A DNA stretch of 64,000 bases from an uncultured Chitinophaga sp. (GCA_964631835.1 CAZWAD010000012.1:29916-93915), one strand, 5' to 3'; positions 36,059-46,482 are shown, numbered from the stretch's first letter. Numbers and translations: made by a program. The notes: generated from the sequence alone by a model not told the origin.

Positions 36059-38443
36059 ATGAACTTTGAACACTTCAAAAACGAAGTGCTAGCAGATTTC
36101 CGACTGGCTTGTGTTAGCCGCGAAATGAGTTTACTCGGGCGTAAGGAAGTACTTCGTGGCAAAGCCAAGTTCGGCATTTTTGGCGATGGAAAGGAAGTTG
36201 CGCAGATTGCTCTTGCAAAGGCATTTACACAAGGCGACTGGCGCAGCGGTTACTACCGTGACCAGACTTGGCTTATGACTCTTGGATTGCTCACCATCGA
36301 AAACTTCTTCGCCCAGCTTTATGCTGATGTAAACCACGAAAACGACCCCATGAGCGCCGGACGGCAAATGAGCAGCCACTTTGTTACCCCTACCCGGGAT
36401 AAAGACGGCAACTGGCTTGACCAGACCACCCGTTACAACTCATCAGCCGACCTGTCGCCCACTGCCGGTCAAATGCCGCGTTCGCTGGGTATTGCCCTCG
36501 CCTCAAAACTTTACCGCGAAAACAAAAAATTGGAAGATTACACCATCTTCTCCAACAAAGGTAATGAGGTGTCATTCGTTTCCATTGGCGATGCCAGCAC
36601 CAGCGAAGGTATTTTCTGGGAAACGCTCAATGCTGCCGGTGTACTCAAAGTTCCGCTTGCCATTTCCGTATGGGACGATGGCTTCGGAATTTCTGTACCT
36701 AAAAAATATCAGACAACTAAAGAGAGTATTTCAGAAATCACAAAGGGTTTTCAGGTTGATGAAAAAGGAAGAGGCTATGAGATATACGTTTGTGAGGGAT
36801 GGAACTATCCTAAACTGATAGAAACCTATAAGCGGGGAATTGAGAAAGTGCGAGCAACTCACATTCCTGCGCTGTTTCATATCAATGAAGTAACCCAGCC
36901 TCAAGGTCATTCCACTTCCGGCTCTCATGAGCGCTACAAAACTCCCGAGCGTATGCAATGGGAAAAAGATTTTGATTGTATTAAACGTATGCGCGACTGG
37001 CTGGTAGAAAGCAAAATTGCCACCAATGAGGAGTGTGGGCAGATTCAGGAAGAAGCAAAGCAAGAAGTTACCAAAGCAAAAAACCGTGCATGGAATAAGT
37101 TTCATGAACCAATTAAACGGGAAATAGAAGAATTGCTTCAGTTATTGAGCAGGTTAGCGGAAGAAAGCAGGGAGCAGGAAACTGTTGAACGAATCATTCA
37201 CGGTTTGCAGAATGCTATTGACCCTATCAGGAAGGACATCAGTAAAACAGGCTGGCAGGTTCTGCGCTTTTTCCGTGGATATCAATATGACTCATTAAGC
37301 GAACTAAGAAACTGGCTTACTGATTTTGAAAGAAAATACTACAGGGCTTACACTTCGCACCTATACAGCGAAACTGATAAGAGCGCACTCAAAGTAGAAT
37401 ATGTTTCCGCTGTTTATTCCGAAACTTCCGAAGTGCTCAACGGTTACGAAATTCTCAATCATCTTTTCGATTCCCTTTTCTCACGTTTTCCTAATGCAGT
37501 GGCTTTTGGTGAAGATGTAGGGAAAATTGGTGATGTGAACCAGGGCTTCTATAAACTGCAGGATAAATATGGCGAGGCCCGTATTTTCGATACCGGTATC
37601 CGCGAAGCTACTATTATTGGTCAGGGAATTGGATTGGCGTTGCGGGGCTTTCGTCCCATTGCCGAAATTCAATATCTTGATTATCTGCTTTATGGTCTTA
37701 TTCCTATGGTTGATGATTTAGCCACTTTGCATTACCGCAGTGTTGGAGTGCAACAAGCGCCTTTAGTGGTCCGTACCCGTGGTCACCGCCTCGAAGGAAT
37801 ATGGCACACCGGTTCACCTATGGGCATGCTTGTGAACTCTCTGCGCGGTATATATATATGCGTCCCGCGAAACATGACTCAAGCAGCGGGAATGTATAAC
37901 ACGCTCTTCCAAAGCGATGAGCCGGCACTGATTATCGAATGCCTCAATGGTTACCGGCTTAAGGAAAAACTTCCCGACAACATTGCTGAGTTTACGGTTC
38001 CGCTGGGGATTCCTGAAGTATTAAAAGAAGGCAGCGATATAACTCTAGTTACCTACGGAAGTTGTGTCCGTATTGCCGAAGAAGCCGTACAGCAATTGGA
38101 AGAAGTCGGTATAAGTGTTGAACTTATTGATGTACAAACCCTTCTGCCATTCGACATTCATCATTCTATTATTGAATCGGTGAAAAAAACTAATCGCATT
38201 GTTTTCCTAGATGAAGATGTTCCGGGTGGGGGAACAGCCTATATGTTTCAGAAAGTATTTGAAGAACAAGGCGCTTACAGTTTTCTTGATTCGGAGGTGA
38301 GAACTATTACAGCAAAAGAAAATCGTGCTGCTTATGCTTCCGATGGCGATTACTTCTGTAAACCTAATGCTGAAAATGTTTTCGAAACCATCTATGCAAT
38401 AATGAGTGAAGCAGACCCCGAAAGTTATCCCTTGCTTAAATGA
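36059..38443 (+). CDS. 2-oxoacid dehydrogenase E1 component, fused alpha/beta subunits (TPP-dependent)
   Basis: ATG 36059. The alpha part has 'GDASTSEGIFWETLNAA' (TPP-binding). The beta part has 'GEDVGKIGDVNQGF...RIFDTGIREATIIGQGIGLA' and a transketolase C-terminal-like end. Confidence 0.85.
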   Translation: MNFEHFKNEVLADFRLACVSREMSLLGRKEVLRGKAKFGIFGDGKEVAQIALAKAFTQGDWRSGYYRDQTWLMTLGLLTIENFFAQLYADVNHENDPMSAGRQMSSHFVTPTRDKDGNWLDQTTRYNSSADLSPTAGQMPRSLGIALASKLYRENKKLEDYTIFSNKGNEVSFVSIGDASTSEGIFWETLNAAGVLKVPLAISVWDDGFGISVPKKYQTTKESISEITKGFQVDEKGRGYEIYVCEGWNYPKLIETYKRGIEKVRATHIPALFHINEVTQPQGHSTSGSHERYKTPERMQWEKDFDCIKRMRDWLVESKIATNEECGQIQEEAKQEVTKAKNRAWNKFHEPIKREIEELLQLLSRLAEESREQETVERIIHGLQNAIDPIRKDISKTGWQVLRFFRGYQYDSLSELRNWLTDFERKYYRAYTSHLYSETDKSALKVEYVSAVYSETSEVLNGYEILNHLFDSLFSRFPNAVAFGEDVGKIGDVNQGFYKLQDKYGEARIFDTGIREATIIGQGIGLALRGFRPIAEIQYLDYLLYGLIPMVDDLATLHYRSVGVQQAPLVVRTRGHRLEGIWHTGSPMGMLVNSLRGIYICVPRNMTQAAGMYNTLFQSDEPALIIECLNGYRLKEKLPDNIAEFTVPLGIPEVLKEGSDITLVTYGSCVRIAEEAVQQLEEVGISVELIDVQTLLPFDIHHSIIESVKKTNRIVFLDEDVPGGGTAYMFQKVFEEQGAYSFLDSEVRTITAKENRAAYASDGDYFCKPNAENVFETIYAIMSEADPESYPLLK

Positions 38444-38516
38444 GTTGGGTGATTTAAAAAAAAGATTAGTTTTATTTTCTGAATAAAAAGATATCATACA
38501 AAAACATCTATAAGAA

Positions 38517-39032
38517 ATGAGAAAAACTTTCCTTGTCTTTACTATAGCTTTTTTAGTGTTGGGAATTTACAGTTGCGAAAAAGAAACGAAGATTACTGCT
38601 TGCGATAACGGGAAAAAAGACAATGATGAAACTGAAATTGACTGTGGTGGTTCGTGTCAGGCTTGTCCCGATCCGGCATATTTTCGGTGTCTTACCAATA
38701 ACATCCCATATGTAACCAGCAACCTCTCGGGTCAAAAGCTTACCCCTAGCATCCGTATTAACGCTAATAATGGCAGTCTTCTGAACTTTATGTTTATTCC
38801 TAATTTGAACTCCATTGGCCAGCCGGTTGTCATTTCTTCGGCTAATTTAAACTTTGCCGGTGAGCCATATAATTTAGAGCCTGGTGAGGACACGGGCAGT
38901 GTGGTTCTTACTTCTATTGACACTCTCCGTCAGATAGTGAGCGGCACTTTCTCTTTTCGTGCCCAGCGAATCACTTCCAATCAGAAAGTTTATGTTCAAG
39001 AAGGGGTTTTTACCAACGTGCGTTACCGCTAA
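38517..39032 (+). CDS. lipoprotein of unknown function
   Basis: Lipobox 'LVLGIYSCEKE'. Contains the 'DNDETEIDCGGSCQACP' Cys-knot-like motif seen in many Bacteroidota lipoproteins. Confidence 0.55.
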   Translation: MRKTFLVFTIAFLVLGIYSCEKETKITACDNGKKDNDETEIDCGGSCQACPDPAYFRCLTNNIPYVTSNLSGQKLTPSIRINANNGSLLNFMFIPNLNSIGQPVVISSANLNFAGEPYNLEPGEDTGSVVLTSIDTLRQIVSGTFSFRAQRITSNQKVYVQEGVFTNVRYR

Positions 39033-39195
39033 AAAATCTCTTCCGTTTTATCCTTACCAGGTTTCGGTTTAGTGTCTTCGGGTTGAACCGGAAAATTTTT
39101 TCACTAATTACAATTTTTTACCTCCGGGTTCGACACTTTTACATGCGGTGTCTATTCTTCGTTCAATAAAAATAAATAAGCTATCTTTTTGTTCT

Positions 39196-41322
39196 ATGTT
39201 TTGCTCCAAACTTAAACTTTGCCTTGCTTTTGCCTTTTTATTAATTATCTTTTTTGAAAGCCGTGCTCAGATAAATCCCTTGAATGTGGAAATTGTCCGA
39301 GACAAGTGGGGTGTTCCTCATATTTTCGGGAAAACCGATGTTGAAACCACATACGGTTTGGCATGGGCAACCTGTGAAGACGATTTTGCCACCGTTCAGC
39401 GAATGTTACTGGCTGTAAAAGGTCGTTTGGCGGAGGTTGATGGAAAAGGCGGAGCAATTCTTGATTTTCTTTCCTTCATTTCAGGCGCTGAAGAAATAAC
39501 GGATACTTTATACGACTGTTCATTTTCTCCTAAATTCAAAAAAGTGATTGACGCTTACACGCAAGGATTAAACGAATACGCTGCCGCAAATTCCAGCGAG
39601 TTGTTGCGTCCGGGATTGTTCCCTGTTACGAGCAAAGATATAGTAGCTCAATACATTGTAACTAATATGCTTCTCACCAATGTTTATCTTGACATTCAAA
39701 AAATATTTACAGGGTTCATAAAAAATTATGAAATCAATCTTCCGTCAGGTTCAAATGCTTTTGCGTTGAATAGTTCAAGAACAAAAGACGGGAAAACTTA
39801 TCTCGCCATCAACTCGCATCAACCGCTGGAGGGTTTGTTTAGCTGGTACGAAGTGCATCTGGTTAGTGAAGAGGGAATGAACATTCTTGGAGGAACTTTT
39901 CCCGGGGGTATGAGCGTTTTCCTGGGAACAAACCCTAATCTCGGTTGGGCGTGCACCCTTAATCATCCTGACCTGAGTGATGTTTACAAACTTGAAATGA
40001 ATCCTAAAAACAGGTTGCAATACAAATTCGATGGGCATTGGGAAACATTACAGGTAAGAAAAAAAACAGTGAAAGTGAAACTGGGCGCTGTACGTCTCCC
40101 CGTTACAAAGACTTTTTATTGGAGTAAATACGGAACCACTCTTAAAAACAAAGACGGGTTTTATTCTGTTCGCTTTCCGGCTAATATGGATATCAGCGGA
40201 TGCGAACAGCTTTATAAACTGAACAAGGCGAGCAACTTTACAGAATGGAGAAACATTATGAGTGAAGGGCATTTTACGGGCGTGAATTTTGTGTATGCTG
40301 ACCGGACGGATACCATATATTATGTCAGCAATGGTCAGTTTGCGGAAAGAAATCCTAAATATAACTGGATGAAAGTTTTACCCGGCAACACATCTGAAAC
40401 TATGTGGCAGCCGCCATTTAAATCTTTTGAATTGTTGCCGCAAATTCTCAATCCTGAAAGCGGTTATTTACTTAATACCAATAATTCTTGTTTCGATGTT
40501 ACAGGTGTTTGTTGCAATCCCACTTCAGGAATTTGTGATATCACCTATGGTTTTGGCTCTGAAAAAAATAACCGCAGCATCATGGGGCATCATCTTCTTA
40601 GCGGGAATAAAAAGTTTATCTATGAGGAGTTCAAAGACGTAAAATACAATACTAGTTTTAACGACAGTTTTTACGATTATGGTTTGGAAAACGCCAGGTT
40701 GATGTTTGAGCTTGACCCAAAAAAATATCCTGATTTGGAAGAAGCCATTCATGTCATAAACCAGTGGAACCGTCAAAGCGATGTAAGCAACATGCAAGCT
40801 GCCTTAATTACATTTGCTATGTATCCGCTAATAGATAAAATCCGCAGCCGCGGCACGGAATACGAAGCAAATTCGTTTACTGAGAAAGAATATGTTCAGG
40901 CACTTCGTTCGGCTAAAAAACATATGTTAAAATATTTTGGTTCGCTTTCAATACCGTTAGGTGAAGTGCAGAAACATGTTCGCGGAAATAAAGAATTGCC
41001 TGTTGGAGGGATGCCCGAAGTAATTGCTGCTACTGTTACGCAGCCCTACAAAAATGGTATGCGTAGAACTTTCGTGGGCGACTCATATATTCAAATGGTA
41101 CGGTTTTCACAGGACACAGTCGAAATAGAAACCATAAATGCTTTTGGCTCATCCTCAAAACCTGAAAGCCCGCATTATGACGACCAGATGGAAATGTTCG
41201 TGCAGCAAGAATTAAAACCTATGACGCTGGATAAAGAGAGGATTTACAAAAATGCAGAACGGGTTTACCGTCCTGCAGAGTTCATTCAAACCCCTTTAAC
41301 GGACAAAGCCCAGGCTGATTGA
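39196..41322 (+). CDS. penicillin/AHL-acylase-family Ntn hydrolase
   Basis: Signal peptide from ATG 39196. 'VRDKWGVPHIFG' N-terminal motif. Candidate beta-subunit nucleophile in 'PSGSNAFAL'. 'HQPLEG' present. C-terminal 'GSSSKPESPHYDDQMEMF'. Confidence 0.8.
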   Translation: MFCSKLKLCLAFAFLLIIFFESRAQINPLNVEIVRDKWGVPHIFGKTDVETTYGLAWATCEDDFATVQRMLLAVKGRLAEVDGKGGAILDFLSFISGAEEITDTLYDCSFSPKFKKVIDAYTQGLNEYAAANSSELLRPGLFPVTSKDIVAQYIVTNMLLTNVYLDIQKIFTGFIKNYEINLPSGSNAFALNSSRTKDGKTYLAINSHQPLEGLFSWYEVHLVSEEGMNILGGTFPGGMSVFLGTNPNLGWACTLNHPDLSDVYKLEMNPKNRLQYKFDGHWETLQVRKKTVKVKLGAVRLPVTKTFYWSKYGTTLKNKDGFYSVRFPANMDISGCEQLYKLNKASNFTEWRNIMSEGHFTGVNFVYADRTDTIYYVSNGQFAERNPKYNWMKVLPGNTSETMWQPPFKSFELLPQILNPESGYLLNTNNSCFDVTGVCCNPTSGICDITYGFGSEKNNRSIMGHHLLSGNKKFIYEEFKDVKYNTSFNDSFYDYGLENARLMFELDPKKYPDLEEAIHVINQWNRQSDVSNMQAALITFAMYPLIDKIRSRGTEYEANSFTEKEYVQALRSAKKHMLKYFGSLSIPLGEVQKHVRGNKELPVGGMPEVIAATVTQPYKNGMRRTFVGDSYIQMVRFSQDTVEIETINAFGSSSKPESPHYDDQMEMFVQQELKPMTLDKERIYKNAERVYRPAEFIQTPLTDKAQAD

Positions 41323-41406
41323 TTCATTCACTAAGGCTTTTTTGCGAATAGGAAATTACGGTTGTGTACTTTACTTTGCAGTTTACTATATGTTATGGGA
41401 AATTTT

Positions 41407-43416
41407 ATGATGAAATCATTTTCGACTACGTTTTTTAAGATCTTCAGCTTTATTTTTCTATTCAGCTTCCACTACGTTTATAGCAATAACCCGGTATATG
41501 AGCAGCGCAGAACTGATTATGTCAATACAGCGCTTACCAATTTCTCGCCCGATGCGCTGACTCTGCAAGCATATGCCGGAGTTCCACTTGATACTAATGT
41601 ACTTAATGCCATGTTGGCAAATGTTACTTCTGGTGAAACCAGTGATTTCACTATAGTGAAATTGATTCGCATTCTTTTTTTTACAAATGGAACATACGAC
41701 AATAAAATTTTACCAGTATTGAATCATGTTCCCTTTTGGCTGACCAAGAGTGATACAATCAGAAATTATTGGTCAGAAAATCACATGATAATGTGGATGT
41801 CATCTGATTGGCTGCTTCATGAAAAGTACGGAAAACCGATTGATGCTAACCTTGATGCAAGATTACGTCACTACTTGCGATTGAAATTACAATACGGTTT
41901 TTATGAATTTTTTTCATCAGTTTATTCACCTTACAGCTTGAGCGGATTGCTCAACCTTGCGGACTTTGCTCAGGATGTAGAAATAAAAACTTTGGCTGCA
42001 CAGGCATCGCAACGGCTACTGAAAAATATTCTGATGTTAACAAATGACAAAGGAGTATTTTTCCCAACTGCAGGCAGAAACTATTACGGAAAGTATAAAA
42101 TCCCTTATGCTCAAAATCATAATAATCTGATATACCTTTTAACCGGTATGGGGGCTCAGCCGTTACAGGCTTCGCATGCGGGAGGATTTCTTGCCAGTTC
42201 AAGTTTGTCTGTTGATACTGTTATTTTTTCATGGTCACCGTCAATTGATACGCTATTTTATAATGGTCATTCTCTGGATACGGGGTTCTCCATAAATGCC
42301 AGTATGTCGCCTTTGGACAAAGTTATTTTTCAATGGAGTTCGGGCGCGTACTTTCATCCGGATGTGGTTTTGGAAACCGTACAATTACTGAGAGATTCCA
42401 ATCTATGGCACCATACGGACTTTACACTTCTTCGTCCTCTTTCAATAATTGCGCCAGAAGATTTTCCGGCAACTTCCGAATCGCTAAGTTGTATTTCTAA
42501 AAGCTCAGTGATTTGCGGAGAGGAAGTAGCCATTTACAAACAGAATTCTGTGACGCTATCATCAGTTCAGGATTTCTGGAAAGGCAAAGTTGGGTTTCAG
42601 CAATTTCCTTGTGTGGCTAATGTGGGGACTACAGCAGTAATGACAGCTTCCGGTGAAGTAAAATATGATTGGGAAAGTCGTTCAGATAATAATGCTAATG
42701 AGCACTTACCTTATGTGAAGCAGAAAAAAAATATGGCGTTGCTGATGTACCGTCCTGAACCGACACCACCTCTTTTAGGCTTCACCCACAAACAGGTGGC
42801 GTTATTCTGGAAGAACTCAGATTTTGATGAAGTTCTCGCAGATAGTTTATGGCTTCTTGGTCGTCAGGAAAACAGTTATGTGGCTGTGCGAAGAAGTTGT
42901 ATTGGCGAAATTGACAGTGTAATTGCTTGTGAAACAGGCGGAGGGCAAACTTGGGTTATCATCGTGGGTGATTCAAGTTTGTACGGAAGCTTTAATAATT
43001 TTCAGAATGTTGTTCATCAATCTCGATTTGAAGAAAGATGGTATTACGATTCGTTGACTTCTGAATCGGTTTACTACTCTAAAATTTCCATTGATACAAT
43101 AACTATCGAATATGCTTGGGGAGTCGATACATCTTCCTTAACAGGTATTGAGAAGGCAAAAGAGAACCTTAATGATTTCAGAATCTCCCCGAATCCCACA
43201 AAGGATTATATAACAGTTGAGTTGACTCCTTTTCTGAATCAGGATATTAAATTAACGGTAACAAATGTTTTGGGGCAACAATTGTATAAAAAGGAATTTA
43301 AAAGCTCACTTGAGGAAAGTGTTTTTCTTGATTTGAAAAACTTGAGTGATGATTTATATCTAATCTCTATTGAAACACCCACTGAACGATTTGTAAAAAA
43401 GATTGTAAAGGATTAA
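41407..43416 (+). CDS. secreted hypothetical protein with T9SS C-terminal sorting domain
   Basis: Hydrophobic N-terminus MMKSFSTTFFKIFSFIFLFSF. C-terminal 'FRISPNPTKDYITVEL...DLYLISIETPTERFVKKIVKD'. Lies 40 nt downstream of the acylase. Confidence 0.65.
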   Translation: MMKSFSTTFFKIFSFIFLFSFHYVYSNNPVYEQRRTDYVNTALTNFSPDALTLQAYAGVPLDTNVLNAMLANVTSGETSDFTIVKLIRILFFTNGTYDNKILPVLNHVPFWLTKSDTIRNYWSENHMIMWMSSDWLLHEKYGKPIDANLDARLRHYLRLKLQYGFYEFFSSVYSPYSLSGLLNLADFAQDVEIKTLAAQASQRLLKNILMLTNDKGVFFPTAGRNYYGKYKIPYAQNHNNLIYLLTGMGAQPLQASHAGGFLASSSLSVDTVIFSWSPSIDTLFYNGHSLDTGFSINASMSPLDKVIFQWSSGAYFHPDVVLETVQLLRDSNLWHHTDFTLLRPLSIIAPEDFPATSESLSCISKSSVICGEEVAIYKQNSVTLSSVQDFWKGKVGFQQFPCVANVGTTAVMTASGEVKYDWESRSDNNANEHLPYVKQKKNMALLMYRPEPTPPLLGFTHKQVALFWKNSDFDEVLADSLWLLGRQENSYVAVRRSCIGEIDSVIACETGGGQTWVIIVGDSSLYGSFNNFQNVVHQSRFEERWYYDSLTSESVYYSKISIDTITIEYAWGVDTSSLTGIEKAKENLNDFRISPNPTKDYITVELTPFLNQDIKLTVTNVLGQQLYKKEFKSSLEESVFLDLKNLSDDLYLISIETPTERFVKKIVKD

Positions 43417-43564
43417 TTAATTAAACCATTTTTCATAAGGAGCGCTCCTTGTCTTTATAAGTACATCTTCTATAAAGAAGAAAAAAACATCTGATCTAAA
43501 TAGGGGTGCATAAATTGTTCCGATTTGTGCTTAACTTTTTTCAGTAATCACAAAATTTTGATTA

Positions 43565-43572
43565 TACTTTTG
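43565..43572 (+). promoter_or_regulatory. Bacteroidota -7 box (TACTTTTG) in the 43417-44010 gap
   Basis: Exact TAnnTTTG match about 105 nt upstream of the small ORF at 43677. Confidence 0.3.
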
Positions 43573-43676
43573 CAAGAGTTAAATAACTATTAAATGTCAA
43601 CGGGTTCCCTAATTAAGAGAGTCCATAAACTACGCGAGTTATAATTTACAGATTTTGAAAAAAGAAGTTAAAAAAA

Positions 43677-43823
43677 ATGAAGGGTTTTTTGATGGGCTTA
43701 ATATTTGTATTGTTTTTTGTGGCTTTCTATTATTTCATTTTGATAATTCGTTTACCATTCACAGGCTTTACACGTTTTATTGAAGTTGTTTCATCAGAAG
43801 ACGAGGACGAGCAGGTATATTGA
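43677..43823 (+). CDS. candidate 48-aa single-TM peptide with acidic tail (below track cutoff)
   Basis: Hand translation gives MKGFLMGLIFVLFFVAFYYFILIIRLPFTGFTRFIEVVSSEDEDEQVY*. Preceded by an A-rich leader. Confidence 0.3.
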   Translation: MKGFLMGLIFVLFFVAFYYFILIIRLPFTGFTRFIEVVSSEDEDEQVY

Positions 43824-44010
43824 TCCCAACTTATTTCACGGATAGTTTCATAATTTCAGGCAGAGGAAAATTTAGGTGTAAGGGGATTAAGGACTTTGCA
43901 CTTTATTAGGTTTATACACTGCATAATAGGTTACAAATCACTTTCTAAAACGTTTTTTTGTAATTAAAGGATATTGTACTTGACTTGAGAAAATTATTCC
44001 GGTTTAACAC

Positions 44011-44709
44011 ATGACGCAAACAGCAAAAAATATTTCATACTTAAGGGAGTCCTTTAGTCCGTTTTCTAAGCTTGATAAAAAAGGGCTCGAAAAAACAGAG
44101 CGAAGCCTGAAAATATTTTCGTTCAAGAAGAAGCAAATTATTCATCGCGAAGGATTCTCACCGTCCGGACTTTTTATTATCAAAATCGGAAAGGTAAAAA
44201 TTTATAAAACAACAGATACGGGCAAACAGGTTATCATTCACATAGCGGGCGAAAAAGAAATGGTTGGCTTCAGCGCTATTCTTCGAAAAAGCGAGTATCA
44301 TTTTTGGGCGGAGGCTATAGAAAACAGCGAATTGATTTTTATACCGAAAAAAGTGATTTATGAACTCATCGAAGATTATCCCCCATTCTCAGTTAGCCTT
44401 ATGGTTTTGTTTTTTAAAGAATTTGACAACGTTATTGAGAAACTGGTTGACCTGTTGTCGGACCAGGTGAGAAAACGCACAGCAAAAGTTCTGTTATGGC
44501 TTATAGAAACTTACGGCATGGAGTCCGACCGTAAAACCATTGCTATTACTCTAAGCAGGAAAGATTTGGCAAATTTGGCCGCAACGAATACTGAGACATT
44601 GGTCCGTAATTTGTCCGATTTCAAAAAAGAAAAGTTGGTTGCGCTAAGAGGCAAAAAAATTTCCATTATTAACTTTGAGAAACTGAACCAAATCGTGTTT
44701 CTTCCATAG
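44011..44709 (+). CDS. Crp/Fnr-family transcriptional regulator
   Basis: cNMP-binding-like N-terminus ('GLFIIKIGKVKIYK...') and C-terminal HTH 'LSRKDLANLAATNTETLVRNLSDFKKEKLV'. Confidence 0.85.
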   Translation: MTQTAKNISYLRESFSPFSKLDKKGLEKTERSLKIFSFKKKQIIHREGFSPSGLFIIKIGKVKIYKTTDTGKQVIIHIAGEKEMVGFSAILRKSEYHFWAEAIENSELIFIPKKVIYELIEDYPPFSVSLMVLFFKEFDNVIEKLVDLLSDQVRKRTAKVLLWLIETYGMESDRKTIAITLSRKDLANLAATNTETLVRNLSDFKKEKLVALRGKKISIINFEKLNQIVFLP

Positions 44710-44804
44710 TTCCTGCAAGGGTTCAATTTTGTTTGCTATAAAAACATTGACAGGATTCAATAAATAGAATGATTCAGCGCATTGTTTTCAAAGGTCATGA
44801 AGTG

Positions 44805-44812
44805 TAAATTTG
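44805..44812 (+). promoter_or_regulatory. Bacteroidota -7 box (TAAATTTG)
   Basis: Exact TAnnTTTG match, 40 nt upstream of ATG 44852. Confidence 0.4.
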
Positions 44813-44851
44813 CCCTGAAGAAATATTTGTTAACCATTAAAAATTAGGAAT

Positions 44852-45289
44852 ATGAAAAAAGAACAAGTATTAACCACCACACTATCAGAAATGGAACAAA
44901 AGCATTGGGATAATGCAGAAAAAAATTTATCAGAAGATTTCAAATTTGAAGGAGGAACTTCTCAGCCCATGGGCAAGAAAGAATGGATTCAAGTGCATCG
45001 TGCACTTCAATCGGGCATGCCCGACCTTAAATTTAACCTACAGGATGTGATTCCCAAAAGCGAAGATAAACTTGCTGCAAAGGTTAAAGTTACAGGAACT
45101 CACACTTCTATGTTACCACCCGTACTTCAGGGTTCGGAGCCGCTTGAGGCAACAGGCAAAAAAGTTGAGTTGCCAAAAGAGGAAGTGGAAGTTACCTTTT
45201 CAGGTGATAAAATTTCCAGAGTGTATGTCTATCCTGTTGAGCATGGTGGTGTGCCTGGAATTATAGAGCAGTTAACTGCCCGGAAGTAG
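44852..45289 (+). CDS. SnoaL-like / NTF2-fold (ester cyclase-like) protein
   Basis: 145 aa. 'HWDNAEKNLSEDFKFEG...KKEWIQVHRALQSGMPDLKFNLQDV...VKVTGTHT' fits the SnoaL-like pattern. Confidence 0.55.
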   Translation: MKKEQVLTTTLSEMEQKHWDNAEKNLSEDFKFEGGTSQPMGKKEWIQVHRALQSGMPDLKFNLQDVIPKSEDKLAAKVKVTGTHTSMLPPVLQGSEPLEATGKKVELPKEEVEVTFSGDKISRVYVYPVEHGGVPGIIEQLTARK

Positions 45290-45372
45290 ATTGATTGTTT
45301 TGCAGAAGACAGTAATCTTTTGTTATAAATTTTGTTACTCTTTTATTGTTTGAAGGTAAGACAGTACAGACC

Positions 45373-45405
45373 AGGGTTGTCATTTTGACAACCCTTTTTT
45401 ATTTT
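45373..45405 (+). terminator. rho-independent terminator after 44852-45289
   Basis: Perfect 10-bp stem AGGGTTGTCA / TGACAACCCT, loop TTT, followed by TTTTTTATTTT. Confidence 0.8.
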
Positions 45406-45486
45406 GTGATTTTGAAAGCACTAATGCAAAAATAAAAGAGGCAGGTGTGATAAGTTCACCTTAATTAACAGAAAAATTACGACACT

Positions 45487-46482
45487 TCAAGACAATTTGT
45501 ACAATATCACCATATTTAAAACGTAAAGCAGAAAAATGGTAAAGGCATCCCATGCCAGCAAGTAGCGTTTGTCCGTACTTCGGTAAGTTAAACCTATAAT
45601 GGCTATTGCTGACATTAGAATAACCGAAAATACAGAAATAATATTTGCGTCTGATGCATCTTTAAGCAAGTGCCCTTGGGTATAGAATATATCATCAATA
45701 AATAAAATAAATATGTTGAAGATATTGCTGCCGAGTAAATTGCCGATTGATAAATCAACGGAACCCATACGAACAGCGGCAATCGAAACAGCAATCTCTG
45801 GGAGGGATGTAGATATGGCTAAAAAGAGGGTGCCTACAAAACTTTTACCCAAACCGGTTTGTTCTGCTATCCCTTCAGCAAAATGAGGAAGAAATAAAGC
45901 TGCTAAAATGATAATGATTGCATACAGCGCATACCATCCAACAGCGTTTTTTAAGTTTACCCTATGCTCACCATTTTTACATTCTTCTTTCGTTTCAGAT
46001 TTAGTTTTTTGGCTGTATTGATAAATAATTCTGATGGCAACGAGATATATAACCATGAAAGAAATACTCGTTAGCCCTATACCGGGAGTAATAACCAAAT
46101 CATCAGGAAAAAAGAGCCCTACTCCTGCTAAAGTAACAAGAATCAAACCCAGCGCAGCGGCAAGGACATGACTTTGTGATGCACTGCCGAGCAACGGCTT
46201 GTTTTTGGGAACAAAAGCATCCATCATGGCGAGTATGCCCAGGTTGAACGCACAACTTCCTAATATATCACCCACAGCAAGGTCTGCAGATTTGACAATA
46301 GCTGAGGAACTAATACCTACCATCAGTTCAGGCAGGGAGGTCACGCTTGCCATCAATATAAGGCCTATCCAGGCTTTGCCCATGCCTGTAAGGTCGGCAA
46401 TCAAATCTCCGTAGTAAGAGAGCTTTTTCCCCGCATAGAAAATAACTATGGCACAAGCCAAGAAGCCAATGAGATTTTGCAT
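45487..46482 (-). CDS. CaCA-family sodium/calcium antiporter (YrbG-like)
   Basis: Two alpha-repeat motifs, 'ASVTSLPELMVGISS' and 'AISTSLPEIAVSIAA', in a 10-TM protein. Confidence 0.85.
   Translation of the reverse strand: MQNLIGFLACAIVIFYAGKKLSYYGDLIADLTGMGKAWIGLILMASVTSLPELMVGISSSAIVKSADLAVGDILGSCAFNLGILAMMDAFVPKNKPLLGSASQSHVLAAALGLILVTLAGVGLFFPDDLVITPGIGLTSISFMVIYLVAIRIIYQYSQKTKSETKEECKNGEHRVNLKNAVGWYALYAIIIILAALFLPHFAEGIAEQTGLGKSFVGTLFLAISTSLPEIAVSIAAVRMGSVDLSIGNLLGSNIFNIFILFIDDIFYTQGHLLKDASDANIISVFSVILMSAIAIIGLTYRSTDKRYLLAWDAFTIFLLYVLNMVILYKLS

Noticed and set aside
35339-36177. ORFs 35339-35839 (+), 35873-36073 (-) and 35878-36177 (-) around the gap upstream of the E1 gene
   Set aside because: The first is antisense to the 5' end of the well-supported T9SS gene 34432-35538 and then runs into non-coding sequence. 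The others overlap the E1 start region. None has a protein-like composition.
43677-43823. Identifying the 48-aa peptide as CcoS/FixS
   Set aside because: It shares only the general TM-plus-acidic-tail shape. The conserved CcoS motif context and neighbouring cbb3 oxidase or FixI genes are absent.
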